Source: Feifania hominis
Lineage (GTDB): Bacteria > Bacillota > Clostridia > Oscillospirales > Feifaniaceae
DNA length: 24,000 nucleotides
Reading direction: 5' to 3'
Assembly: GCF_014384765.1 (NCBI RefSeq)
Contig: NZ_JACRSP010000001.1
Location: 484,759 to 508,758, forward strand
In this document: piece by piece, positions 1 to 7,992 of the stretch
Layout of the letters: the number at the start of each line of letters is the position of its first letter
How positions within the stretch are numbered: the stretch's first letter is position 1
The notes under the pieces: model-generated
The model's database searches: none
The model's input: only the letters and a program-made list of their open reading frames with translations
Told to the model about the DNA's origin: nothing
Program-made: the position numbers and the translations under genes

Positions 1-1415
1 TTATCGGTCTTGAGATTCACGCGGAACTCTCGACCGAGTCCAAGATATACTGCAGCTGTTCCACCAAATTCGGCGCGGAGGTCAACACTCACTGCTGCCC
101 GGTCTGTACGGGTATGCCGGGGACGCTGCCGATTCTCAACGAAAAGGTCATTGAGTATGCGGTAAAGATGGGCCTTGCGACGAACTGCACCATCAACCGC
201 TTCACCAAGCAGGACCGCAAAAATTACTTCTATCCCGATCTGCCAAAGGCCTATCAGATCTCCCAGTATGATATCCCGCTGTGCGAAAACGGCTACATTG
301 AAATCCAGGTCGAGGGGGAGACCAAGCGCATTGGCATCACGCGCATTCACATTGAGGAGGACGCCGGAAAGCTGCTGCACGACGACGTCTTTTCGGGGTC
401 GCTGGTCGACTACAACCGCTGCGGTGTACCGCTGATCGAGATTGTGTCTGAGCCGGATATGCGCAGCGCTGAGGAGGCCAAGGCCTATATGGAGGCCATC
501 CGCTCCATTCTCCAGTACATCGACGTGTCCGACTGCAAAATGCAGGAGGGTTCGCTGCGCTGCGATGTCAACGTCTCACTGCGCCCAAAGGGAGAGGAGA
601 AGTTCGGCACCCGCTGCGAGATGAAAAATGTCAATTCCTTCCGCGCTGCGGCGCGCGGCATTGAATACGAGATCAAGCGCCAGGCTGCCATCCTCGACGA
701 CGGCGGAAAAATCGATCAGGAGACTCTGCGCTGGGACGATCTGCGCGGCGTGAGTATGCCGCTTCGCAGCAAGGAGGACGCTCACGACTACCGCTATTTC
801 CCGGAGCCGGATCTGCCGCGCATTGTCGTCAGCGAAGAGCAGATCGAGCGCATCCGCTCGGAGATTCCGGAGCTGCCCATTGCAAAGAGCCTGCGCTTCC
901 AGTCGGAATACGGGCTGACCAAATACGAGGCGGATATGCTCTCGGCGAGCATTGCCCGCTCGCGCTTCTTTGAGGAGTGTACGGCGCTCGACAAGGCGGC
1001 GGCAAAGTCCGTGTGCAACTGGATGCTCGGCGACATTCTCAAATACACCAACGAAAACGACCGGGAGATCGGCGAGACCCGACTGACGGCCCAAAATCTC
1101 GTGGATATGATTCATTTGATTGATGCGGGCACTATTTCAAATACCGCGGCCAAAACCGTTCTCGCGCGCATTTTTGAGACCGGAGAGGCCGCCGGGAAGA
1201 TCGTTGAAGCCGAGGGACTTGGCCAGGTCAACGATGAGTCGGCTCTCAAGGCACTGGTCGCCGAGGTGATCGCGGAAAATGAGAAGTCGGTCGCCGACTA
1301 CAAAAACGGAAAATCGAATGCTCTGGGCTATCTTGTCGGACAGTGTATGCGTCGCTCAAAAGGGCAGGGTAATCCCCAGATTCTCAACAAACTCCTGCGC
1401 GAGGCGCTGGACTGA
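1..1415 (+). CDS. gatB: Aspartyl/glutamyl-tRNA(Asn/Gln) amidotransferase subunit B, 5' end outside the window
   Basis: The frame is open from nt 3 and reads IGLEIHAELSTESKIYCSCSTKFGAEVNTHCCPVCTGMPGTLP, which is typical of the GatB N-terminus. The listed ATG at 114 is therefore internal. The C-terminal tail (NWMLGDI...GKSNALGYLVGQCMRRSKGQGNP) is the GatB/YqeY tail domain. Stop codon at 1413-1415. Confidence 0.95.
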   Translation, partial: IGLEIHAELSTESKIYCSCSTKFGAEVNTHCCPVCTGMPGTLPILNEKVIEYAVKMGLATNCTINRFTKQDRKNYFYPDLPKAYQISQYDIPLCENGYIEIQVEGETKRIGITRIHIEEDAGKLLHDDVFSGSLVDYNRCGVPLIEIVSEPDMRSAEEAKAYMEAIRSILQYIDVSDCKMQEGSLRCDVNVSLRPKGEEKFGTRCEMKNVNSFRAAARGIEYEIKRQAAILDDGGKIDQETLRWDDLRGVSMPLRSKEDAHDYRYFPEPDLPRIVVSEEQIERIRSEIPELPIAKSLRFQSEYGLTKYEADMLSASIARSRFFEECTALDKAAAKSVCNWMLGDILKYTNENDREIGETRLTAQNLVDMIHLIDAGTISNTAAKTVLARIFETGEAAGKIVEAEGLGQVNDESALKALVAEVIAENEKSVADYKNGKSNALGYLVGQCMRRSKGQGNPQILNKLLREALD

Positions 1416-1453
1416 CAAATAGAAAAGAGAGCGCCTTTGGCGTTGGAGTCAAT

Positions 1454-1487
1454 CAGGTCCTGGTGCAAACCGGGACCTGGTTTGCTT
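1454..1487 (+). terminator. Candidate rho-independent terminator after gatB
   Basis: An 11-bp stem (caggtcctggt / accgggacctg) closes a GCAA tetraloop and is followed by the moderately U-rich gtttgcttg. The T-tract is weak. Confidence 0.5.
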
Positions 1488-1535
1488 GAAAGATATGAAA
1501 TTCATTGCTGATGGTTTAAACCTGGAGGCCACGAG

Positions 1536-1985
1536 ATGATTTATACACCTTTGACGAATAAGGCAATGCGCATTGCCTATGCTGCTCATCAGGGCCAGAC
1601 TGACAAAAGTGGCCAGCCCTATATCTTCCATCCCTATCATCTGGCAGAGCAGATGACAGACGAAGTGACCATCTGCGTGGCTCTGCTTCACGATGTAGCA
1701 GAGGATACTGATGTAACCTTGCAGGAACTGGCTCAGGAGTTCCCAAAGGAGATTGTAGAGGCCTTGCGTCTGCTGACGCATACAGTAGATATGGATTATT
1801 TTGACTATGTACGAGCAATTTGTAAAAATCCGGTGGCAAAGGCAGTAAAACTGGCTGATCTGGCCCATAACGCCGACGAGAGTCGGTTTTCCGGCTGTAA
1901 AGATGTGGAAGAAGCGCAGTTTATTCTACGGCGGGAAAAGTATAGCAAAGTAAGAGCAATTTTGGAGGGTAGTGACACGGACTAA
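1536..1985 (+). CDS. Stand-alone HD-domain protein, RelA/SpoT-type (p)ppGpp hydrolase-like (small alarmone hydrolase family)
   Basis: The 149-aa product contains AYAAHQGQTDKSGQPYIFHPYHLA...ICVALLHDVAEDTDVT, matching the HD motif pattern of the SpoT/Mesh1 hydrolase domain. GGAGG lies 7 nt upstream of the ATG. Hairpin terminators flank the gene on both sides. GC is visibly lower than in the neighbouring genes. Confidence 0.7.
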   Translation: MIYTPLTNKAMRIAYAAHQGQTDKSGQPYIFHPYHLAEQMTDEVTICVALLHDVAEDTDVTLQELAQEFPKEIVEALRLLTHTVDMDYFDYVRAICKNPVAKAVKLADLAHNADESRFSGCKDVEEAQFILRREKYSKVRAILEGSDTD

Positions 1986-2043
1986 TGAAGTGAGTAATGA
2001 AATGGATTACTCTTTTTCGGTAGCTGTCCCAGGTATCCATCAG

Positions 2044-2075
2044 ACCACCCGGCAAGAAGCCGGGTGGTTTTTTTG
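2044..2075 (+). terminator. Rho-independent terminator after the HD-domain gene
   Basis: A perfect 10-bp stem (accacccggc / gccgggtggt) with loop aagaa is followed directly by a T-run (tttttt). Confidence 0.85.
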
Positions 2076-2128
2076 TTCTAAAAGTGGACAAAGCCCAATA
2101 GGATATACAGAAAAAAGGAGATGGAAAC

Positions 2129-3127
2129 ATGACGGGACGTGAGAGAAGAAGAGAGCTGTTTTCTCTGCTGCCGCCGCGCGTGTCGGCTTTGATTGAACAC
2201 ATCGGAAGCGAGCCGCTCGAGGCGCTCGAGGAGATCCGCCTACGGGCACAGCGCCCTGTGTCACTGACTCTTGCGGGCCACAACTATTTTATCAGTGAGG
2301 ACGCCGAGATCACCTACGACGCCTCGCGCGCGGTGTGTCTCACGCCGCAGGAGCTTGAACAGTGCTATCTGCGCGCCTGTGAAAACTCGGTTTACACCTT
2401 TCAGGAGGATATTGCCAGAGGCTTTGTCACTGTCAAGAACGGCAACCGGGTCGGCATTGCGGGCAGTGCTGTCGTCGAGGCAGGCAGAGTGGTCGGCTTT
2501 CGCAACATCAGCTCTCTGTGCCTTCGCTTTGCGCGTGAGATTCGCGGCGCGGGCGAGCAGCTCTTTGAGCGGCTCTACCCGGATGGTACCGTGGTCGGCA
2601 CACTCATTGTCTCCCCGCCGAAGATGGGAAAGACGACGCTGCTGCGCGATCTCATTCGCACGGTGAGCTGCCGCGGACTCCGCGTCGCCGTCGTGGACGA
2701 GCGCGGCGAGCTTGCGGCGATGCGAGGCGGTGCTGCCTGCAGTGATATCGGCCCCTGCACCGATGTGCTCGATGCGATTCCGAAAGCCATCGGGTGCGAA
2801 TACGCCATACGGAATCTCTCACCGGAGGTTATCGCCTTTGACGAAATCGGCTCCATGGGGGAAGTCGAGGCGGTTTTGCAGTCTCTCAATGCCGGTGTGC
2901 CGGTACTCACCACCTGTCACGCCGGCTCCTGGGAAGAGCTTTGGCGCAGGCCGCCGCTGAGAGCTCTATTGGGGAGCAGCGCGATCTGTAAAGTCATAAA
3001 GCTTAACAACAAAAAGACCGGTGTCGTTGACGCCATCTGGGACTGGAGGAGCGACGATGTTCAAAATGGTGGGAATGTGTCTGATTCTATTGACAACCAC
3101 ATTTGCCGGATCGGCGCTGTCCGCTGA
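2129..3127 (+). CDS. spoIIIAA: Stage III sporulation protein AA (ATPase)
   Basis: Walker A SPPKMGKTTLLRDL and a Walker B-like EVIAFDEIG are present. It is the first gene of an eight-gene set with spoIIIA order and sizes. AGGAG lies 8 nt upstream of the ATG. Confidence 0.9.
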   Translation: MTGRERRRELFSLLPPRVSALIEHIGSEPLEALEEIRLRAQRPVSLTLAGHNYFISEDAEITYDASRAVCLTPQELEQCYLRACENSVYTFQEDIARGFVTVKNGNRVGIAGSAVVEAGRVVGFRNISSLCLRFAREIRGAGEQLFERLYPDGTVVGTLIVSPPKMGKTTLLRDLIRTVSCRGLRVAVVDERGELAAMRGGAACSDIGPCTDVLDAIPKAIGCEYAIRNLSPEVIAFDEIGSMGEVEAVLQSLNAGVPVLTTCHAGSWEELWRRPPLRALLGSSAICKVIKLNNKKTGVVDAIWDWRSDDVQNGGNVSDSIDNHICRIGAVR

Positions 3128-3551
3128 TCTCAAGAGGAGAATTCGTGATCTGCGCCTGTGCGCCGATCTGATTGCAAAGATAGGCCGTGAGATCTCCTAC
3201 AGCCGCTGCCCCATCACGGAGGTGCTGGGGAGATGCGCGCAGGAAAAAAAGTATGCGCCGCTTCGGTTTTTGCAGCTTTCGAAGCCCTTCGACAGTGAGA
3301 GATTTCGTCTTCACTATGAGAAAAATCGGGATTCTCTATGCCTGAAAAACGAGGACCACGATCTGATTTTGGAATTCTTCGCCGACTTTGGCAAGAGCGA
3401 TGCAGTGGGGGAGCTGGCGCGCTGCGGTAAGTATGAGGCGGAGCTGGCGCGCCGCGTGGAAGAGCTCGAGCCGGCTATCGAAAAACAGGCCAAGCTCTAC
3501 CGCTCGCTCGGTGTGTTGTCGGGCGTGTTTCTCTCGATTCTGATGGTTTAG
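3057..3551 (+). CDS. spoIIIAB: Stage III sporulation protein AB
   Basis: MFKMVGMCLILLTTTFAGSALS is an N-terminal TM segment, and the ~165-aa helical body matches the usual SpoIIIAB layout. GGAGGAG lies upstream of the ATG at 3057. The ORF-track start at 3021 has no RBS. Confidence 0.8.
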   Translation: MFKMVGMCLILLTTTFAGSALSADLKRRIRDLRLCADLIAKIGREISYSRCPITEVLGRCAQEKKYAPLRFLQLSKPFDSERFRLHYEKNRDSLCLKNEDHDLILEFFADFGKSDAVGELARCGKYEAELARRVEELEPAIEKQAKLYRSLGVLSGVFLSILMV

Positions 3552-3576
3552 CGAAACGGAAAGGAGCCTCAACAGT

Positions 3577-3771
3577 ATGGATGTCAATCTCATCTTCAAA
3601 ATCGCGGCAGTCGGCATCATTGTCAGTGTTTTAAATCAACTTTTGACCAAGGCCGGCCGGGAGGAACAGGCGCTGATGACGACGCTGACTGGCCTGATCG
3701 TTGTGCTGCTCATGGTGATCCGGGAGATCAAGTATCTCTTCGATATGATACAGAGCACGTTTGGGCTCTAG
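3577..3771 (+). CDS. spoIIIAC: Stage III sporulation protein AC
   Basis: A 64-aa protein with two TM segments (IFKIAAVGIIVSVLNQLL...LTGLIVVLLMVI), with position and size typical of SpoIIIAC. AAGGAG RBS. Confidence 0.85.
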   Translation: MDVNLIFKIAAVGIIVSVLNQLLTKAGREEQALMTTLTGLIVVLLMVIREIKYLFDMIQSTFGL

Positions 3772-3780
3772 GGGGAGACC

Positions 3781-4164
3781 ATGAACATCTTTGCCCTGTG
3801 CGGCTTCATCATCGTAGCAGCGCTGATTTCACTGACACTGCGCGACTACAAAAAGGAGTATGCGGTGCTCATCGGACTCGCCGTCTGCATCTTCGCGGTG
3901 CTCACGGCGCTGCCCGACATACTCAAGCTCTTTCGTTTTATCAGTGACACGGCAAACTCTGTCAGCGGAATGGGCGGCAAGCTCGAGCCGCTTTTGAAAG
4001 CTCTGGGGATTGCCTTTGTCACGGAGATTGCCTCCAATCTCTGCATTGACACGGGCGAGCGGTCCATGGCGGGCAAGATCGAGCTGCTCGGCAAAGTCTC
4101 GATCCTCATTGTCTCGCTGCCGCTCGCGCAGCAGGTGCTCGATGTCATCAAAGGACTTTTGTAA
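3781..4164 (+). CDS. spoIIIAD: Stage III sporulation protein AD
   Basis: A 127-aa polytopic membrane protein in the fourth operon position. GGGGGAG RBS. Confidence 0.85.
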   Translation: MNIFALCGFIIVAALISLTLRDYKKEYAVLIGLAVCIFAVLTALPDILKLFRFISDTANSVSGMGGKLEPLLKALGIAFVTEIASNLCIDTGERSMAGKIELLGKVSILIVSLPLAQQVLDVIKGLL

Positions 4165-4177
4165 ATGAGAGGATGTT

Positions 4178-5311
4178 ATGAAACAGGCGTTTCGATTTTT
4201 GGCGGCGGCCGTTGTGCTGATGCTTCTGTGTTCCCTAACAGCCCATGCAGTCGATGTCAACGAGATCTACTCGGATGTCGCCGACCGCTTCGGGGTGAGC
4301 GAGCTGATCGACGCCGCGCCTGACGCTGCGCGTGGGTCGCTCTCCGGCGAGCAGGTGAGCCCGAGCGGGCTGCTCAACCTGCTGTCCATGAACAATGTAT
4401 TAAATCTTCTGACAAACGGTCTCTTTGGCGTACTGGGCGAGTGTCTGTCGGGCTGTGCGGTGCTGCTCGTGGCGGTTCTGGTCTTTTTGCTGCTGGCGGG
4501 ACTTCGCGACTCATTTCACAGCAGCGCCATTGTGCCAACGTTCAATCTGGTCGCGGTGTTGACCATCTCGCTTGTGGTATACGGCATCATTTCGGGCGCA
4601 TACAGCGCCGCATTTACCGCCACAAAGGACATCACGGCGTTCATCTCCACACTCATGCCGGTGATGGCCGCCACCATGGCAGCCGGCGGGGAAGTGGTAT
4701 CGGTGGGAATCCTGCCGCCGGCAATCCTGACGGCGATCAATCTGCTCTCCTGGCTGAATACCTCCGTCTTTCTGCCCACGCTCAACTTCTACTTTGCGCT
4801 GAGTTTCATCTCGGCTGTCAACCCGAGACTCAATCTCAAAGAGCTGATGAATTTTATCAAAAAGGCGCTCATGTGGGGCATGGGGATTGCGACGACGATT
4901 CTCGTCGGGCTGCTGTCGCTTCAGAAAATGATCACCGGAGCGTCGGACAACATCACGGGCCGCGCGGCCAAGTTTGCGCTCTCGAGTTTTGTACCCATCA
5001 TCGGCGGCGTACTCAAAGACGCCTTTGATACGGTGGCAGGCTGTGTCTCAGTGATCAAGGCGACCTGCGGTGTGTTCGGCATTGTGGTCATCATCTACAC
5101 CATGCTGCCGATTCTGGCAAGAGTCATTCTGTACAATGTCGGCTTTCGTCTCTCCTCGTCCGTTGCGCAGATCAGCGGCCAGAGCAGTGTCTCGAATTTT
5201 CTCGACTCCGTGTCCAACATCTGGAGTATTCTGACGGCAATTCTGGTCAGTGAGGGGGTCTTTGCCATCGTCTCGGTGGCAGTGGTCATCTCAACGGGAG
5301 GTGGGACATGA
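4178..5311 (+). CDS. spoIIIAE: Stage III sporulation protein AE
   Basis: A 377-aa product with a signal-peptide-like N-terminus (LAAAVVLMLLCSLTAHA) and multiple TM segments, in the fifth operon position. Confidence 0.85.
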   Translation: MKQAFRFLAAAVVLMLLCSLTAHAVDVNEIYSDVADRFGVSELIDAAPDAARGSLSGEQVSPSGLLNLLSMNNVLNLLTNGLFGVLGECLSGCAVLLVAVLVFLLLAGLRDSFHSSAIVPTFNLVAVLTISLVVYGIISGAYSAAFTATKDITAFISTLMPVMAATMAAGGEVVSVGILPPAILTAINLLSWLNTSVFLPTLNFYFALSFISAVNPRLNLKELMNFIKKALMWGMGIATTILVGLLSLQKMITGASDNITGRAAKFALSSFVPIIGGVLKDAFDTVAGCVSVIKATCGVFGIVVIIYTMLPILARVILYNVGFRLSSSVAQISGQSSVSNFLDSVSNIWSILTAILVSEGVFAIVSVAVVISTGGGT

Positions 5312-5793
5312 TGGCGTTTTTAAAAGACTGGTGTATCACCGTTGCGGCAGCGGCCATCATTGTCGGCTTTCTTGAGGCGCTTGTGCCGGCGCAGAGCATG
5401 CAGAAGACCATGAAGACCGTGACGGCGCTCTTTCTTCTGGCAATTCTCTTCGCGCCGCTCGCCAAGCTCAAGGGGCTGCCTCTCTACTATAAAAATGAGA
5501 TTCAGACCGGCGCCTATGAGCAGCTTCCCCAGAGTGTGAGCGACCAGACAAGGCAGCAGGTGCTTGAGTTGACAAGGACCGAGCTGATTCACCAGATTGA
5601 AACTCTGGCGTCGGCCAGACTGGGGAAAAATATCAATGTAATTGATGTGACAATGAATTTCGCGGACAACGATCTCATATATTTAAGCGAGGTTGTCATT
5701 TCGCAGCATGACGATCTTGAAAAGGATATGGAAAAGCTGACATCCGTGCTGCGCGCGGAGCTCGGCGAGGACATTGTGATCACAGTGAAGTGA
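5308..5793 (+). CDS. spoIIIAF: Stage III sporulation protein AF
   Basis: A 161-aa product with two N-terminal TM segments and a soluble C-terminal domain. Its start overlaps the spoIIIAE stop (ATGATG/TGA). Sixth operon position. Confidence 0.7.
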   Translation: MMAFLKDWCITVAAAAIIVGFLEALVPAQSMQKTMKTVTALFLLAILFAPLAKLKGLPLYYKNEIQTGAYEQLPQSVSDQTRQQVLELTRTELIHQIETLASARLGKNINVIDVTMNFADNDLIYLSEVVISQHDDLEKDMEKLTSVLRAELGEDIVITVK

Positions 5794-5804
5794 GGTGCAA
5801 AAGA

Positions 5805-6350
5805 ATGGAAGACTGGAAAGACCGACTGACACGTCTCTTCAAGGGAAAGCGTCTGACGCTGTTTCTGATTCTGGGACTCATCGGCATTGCCCTGATTCTG
5901 CTCTCGGAGTTCTGGCCGGCCTCAAAGCCCAAACAGAGCGATCAGAGCACCGTGACAGCAGCTGATATGGAGCGCGATCTTCTCAAGCTCATTTCCAATG
6001 TGGAAGGCGTTGGCAAGGCGGAAGTCATGATCACACTCGCGACCGGCGTTGAGAATGTCTATGCGACCGAACAACGGGTCAATCAAAATGTGCTCTCAGA
6101 CAGTACAAACGGCGTGTTGGGGCGAACGGAGAACAAAAACGACACCCAGGACACGGTCATTGTCGTACGCGACAGCAGCGGGGCTGAGGCTCCCATTCTC
6201 ATCAAACAGATCGAGCCCAAGGTGCAGGGCGTCGCGGTCATCTGCGAGGGGGCAGACAGCCCGTATGTCAAAAGCAGCATCGTCGAGATGGTGACGACAA
6301 TCTATGATATTTCATCCAACAGAGTCTGCGTAATCAAAAAGAACAGTTGA
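5805..6350 (+). CDS. spoIIIAG: Stage III sporulation protein AG
   Basis: One TM segment (LTLFLILGLIGIALILL) precedes a C-terminal domain ending VQGVAVICEGADSPYVKSSIVEMVTTIYDISSNRVCV, typical of the SpoIIIAG ring-forming domain. The ATG at 5805 has GAGGT 7 nt upstream. The GTG at 5790 is less likely. Confidence 0.75.
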   Translation: MEDWKDRLTRLFKGKRLTLFLILGLIGIALILLSEFWPASKPKQSDQSTVTAADMERDLLKLISNVEGVGKAEVMITLATGVENVYATEQRVNQNVLSDSTNGVLGRTENKNDTQDTVIVVRDSSGAEAPILIKQIEPKVQGVAVICEGADSPYVKSSIVEMVTTIYDISSNRVCVIKKNS

Positions 6351-6363
6351 GGAGGAACGAATC

Positions 6364-6924
6364 ATGGCATTCAAAAAGAGGCAGCTCATTCTCTTATCAC
6401 TGGTGGCGGTAATTTGTGTGGCGGCATTTCTGAACTGGAAATTTAACACCACCGACAACCCGCTCGGTCTGCCCGACACAGAGGACAGCGAGTCCACGGC
6501 AAAGAATTTGGGTGAGGCGAAGCTGGTCAACGGTGAGGGCGGCGTCGACGTCGAGGTGAGTGCGCCGGTCGAATCTGACGAATATTTCACCGAGGCGCGG
6601 CTCAACCGCCAGAAGACCCGTGATGAGGCACTTGCTCTGCTCGAGGAGGTCACCGCGGACAAGAACAACCCCGAGGATATCCGCAAGCAGGCGGCAAGCG
6701 ACATTTCGCAGATTGCAAAGTCGGTTGAAACCGAGGGCAAAATCGAGAATCTTGTAAAGGCAAAGGGATTTGACGACTGTGTCACCGTTCTGTCCACCGA
6801 CAGCATTCACGTCATTGTCAAGACAAAGGGGCTTGTGGACAGCGAGGTGGCCCAGATCAAGGAGATTGTGCTCGGCCAGACCGAACTTACGGGCGAGCAG
6901 ATCAAAATCGTCGAGATCAAATAG
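6364..6924 (+). CDS. spoIIIAH: Stage III sporulation protein AH
   Basis: An N-terminal TM segment (LILLSLVAVICVAAFL), an acidic linker and a C-terminal YscJ/FliF-like region (EARLNRQKTRDEAL...). It is the last gene of the operon. GAGGAGG RBS. Confidence 0.75.
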   Translation: MAFKKRQLILLSLVAVICVAAFLNWKFNTTDNPLGLPDTEDSESTAKNLGEAKLVNGEGGVDVEVSAPVESDEYFTEARLNRQKTRDEALALLEEVTADKNNPEDIRKQAASDISQIAKSVETEGKIENLVKAKGFDDCVTVLSTDSIHVIVKTKGLVDSEVAQIKEIVLGQTELTGEQIKIVEIK

Positions 6925-6957
6925 CCCGGCGGCTGTGCCGGCACCGCAAAAGAAATG

Positions 6958-6986
6958 GTTTATTTTTTCCGAAACTATGCTATAAT
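6958..6986 (+). promoter_or_regulatory. Candidate sigma-A promoter with extended -10 for the asp23-family gene
   Basis: TGcTATAAT (6978-6986) is an extended -10 element. The -35 (gtttat) is weak at 17-nt spacing. Confidence 0.45.
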
Positions 6987-7034
6987 AGAGGCAGTCCCAC
7001 ACTGTTTTGGGCATATCGCAAAGGAGTGAATAAC

Positions 7035-7418
7035 GTGGAGCAGAATTACAACGGTACTGTTGGCACTGTAAAAATATCCGATGATGTCATTGCGACCATT
7101 GCCGGCGTTGCAGCCGGTGAGGTCAAGGGCGTTGCCGGCATGTCGGCCAAGGCCCCGGCCGAGATCAACATCAAGGGAATCATCGGCGGCAAGAAGAACA
7201 CCGGCAGGGGAATTCGCGTCACGGTGGACGGCGGCAATGTTTCGATCGAGGCGTACATTGTTCTGAAATTCGGCGTAAAGATTCAGGATGTTGCCACTGC
7301 CGTACAGGAGGCGGTCAAGAACTCCGTCGAGGAGATGACCGGCTACACCGTCACCAACGTGTCGGTCTATGTGCAGGGTGTCAATTTGAATGAAGAGCCG
7401 GCGGAGCCTACGGTCTGA
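7035..7418 (+). CDS. Asp23/Gls24-family (alkaline shock protein 23-like) protein
   Basis: GTVKISDDVIATIAGVAAGEVKGVAGM and the following beta-rich core are typical of the Asp23 family. AAGGAG lies 8 nt upstream of the GTG at 7035. The alternative GTG at 7026 overlaps the RBS. Confidence 0.85.
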   Translation: MEQNYNGTVGTVKISDDVIATIAGVAAGEVKGVAGMSAKAPAEINIKGIIGGKKNTGRGIRVTVDGGNVSIEAYIVLKFGVKIQDVATAVQEAVKNSVEEMTGYTVTNVSVYVQGVNLNEEPAEPTV

Positions 7419-7433
7419 GGCGGCTGTTTGGAA

Positions 7434-7470
7434 AAAAGAGTGCGTGTGACGCACTCTTTTCTTTCTTTTT
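7434..7470 (+). terminator. Rho-independent terminator after the asp23-family gene
   Basis: A 9-bp GC-containing stem (agagtgcgt / acgcactct) with loop gtg is extended by A/T pairs and followed by the T-rich ttttctttcttttt. Confidence 0.8.
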
Positions 7471-7490
7471 CGGCGCATTTGTATTATAAT
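7462..7490 (+). promoter_or_regulatory. Candidate sigma-A promoter for the nusB-to-tyrS gene string
   Basis: A perfect TATAAT sits at 7485-7490. The -35 (tttctt) is weak at 17-nt spacing. Confidence 0.4.
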
Positions 7491-7530
7491 GTTTCCACAT
7501 GTACAGGGCCTGTCGGCCAATGGAGGAAGT

Positions 7531-7992
7531 ATGAAACGCACCGAAGCGAGAATCGAGACGTTCAAGCTCGTCTACGAGTATGATTTTCACCGGGAGAAGA
7601 CACCGCAGCAGATCTATGAGATGGCGGTGACCGAGAGAGAGCTCTGCGACGACACCTACATCAGAGAGACCTTTGACGGCGTTGTGAAAAACATGGACCA
7701 AATTGATGAGATCATCAAGGAAAACGCCATCGGCTGGAAGATCAACCGCATCTCCCATGTGGCGCTGGCCGTCACGCGGCTTGCCATCTACGAGATGCTC
7801 TATTCGCACGATATTTCCCATGCCGTTGCAATCAACGAGGCGGTGGAGATCGCCAAGCTCTACGAGGGAAAGGACGCAGCCTCTTTCATCAACGGTATTT
7901 TGGGCTCGGTTTCCAAGAAGAACCCGAAGACCGACCTTGAGCCTGCGGCCGAGAAAAAAGAGGAGCCGTCAGTCGGCGAGGCGGGGGAGTAA
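7531..7992 (+). CDS. nusB: Transcription antitermination factor NusB
   Basis: RTEARIETFKLVYEYDF, RISHVALAVTRLAIYEM, AINEAVEIAKLY and FINGILG follow the NusB pattern. GGAGG precedes the ATG at 7531. The ORF-track start at 7489 has no RBS. Confidence 0.9.
   Translation: MKRTEARIETFKLVYEYDFHREKTPQQIYEMAVTERELCDDTYIRETFDGVVKNMDQIDEIIKENAIGWKINRISHVALAVTRLAIYEMLYSHDISHAVAINEAVEIAKLYEGKDAASFINGILGSVSKKNPKTDLEPAAEKKEEPSVGEAGE

Noticed and set aside
576-1115. 179-aa antisense ORF within gatB; similar antisense or alternative-frame ORFs at 6312-7014, 6975-7565, 7408-7821, 9410-9895, 10393-11276, 12646-13113, 15893-16387, 20108-20563 and 20779-21366
   Set aside because: All lie fully within, or largely overlap, confidently assigned genes on the opposite strand or in another frame. 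They lack RBSs and recognisable motifs. Long spurious ORFs are expected at this GC content.
1430-1444. Small hairpin agcgcc-ttt-ggcgtt just after the gatB stop
   Set aside because: The stem is only 5-6 bp including a G-U pair, the loop is 3 nt and no T-tract follows. The larger hairpin at 1454-1487 is the better terminator candidate.
2076-2112. Possible sigma-E-type promoter for spoIIIA (gATATACAg at 2102-2110 resembling the CATACA-T -10)
   Set aside because: spoIIIA is sigma-E-dependent in B. subtilis, so such a promoter is expected. The match is partial, however, and I cannot identify a convincing -35 from memory of the consensus.
6926-6941. Hairpin ccggc-ggctgt-gccgg after spoIIIAH as an operon terminator
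   Set aside because: The stem is only 5 bp and there is no adjacent T-run; the T-rich stretch begins about 20 nt later. It may contribute to termination, but the support is not enough to list it.
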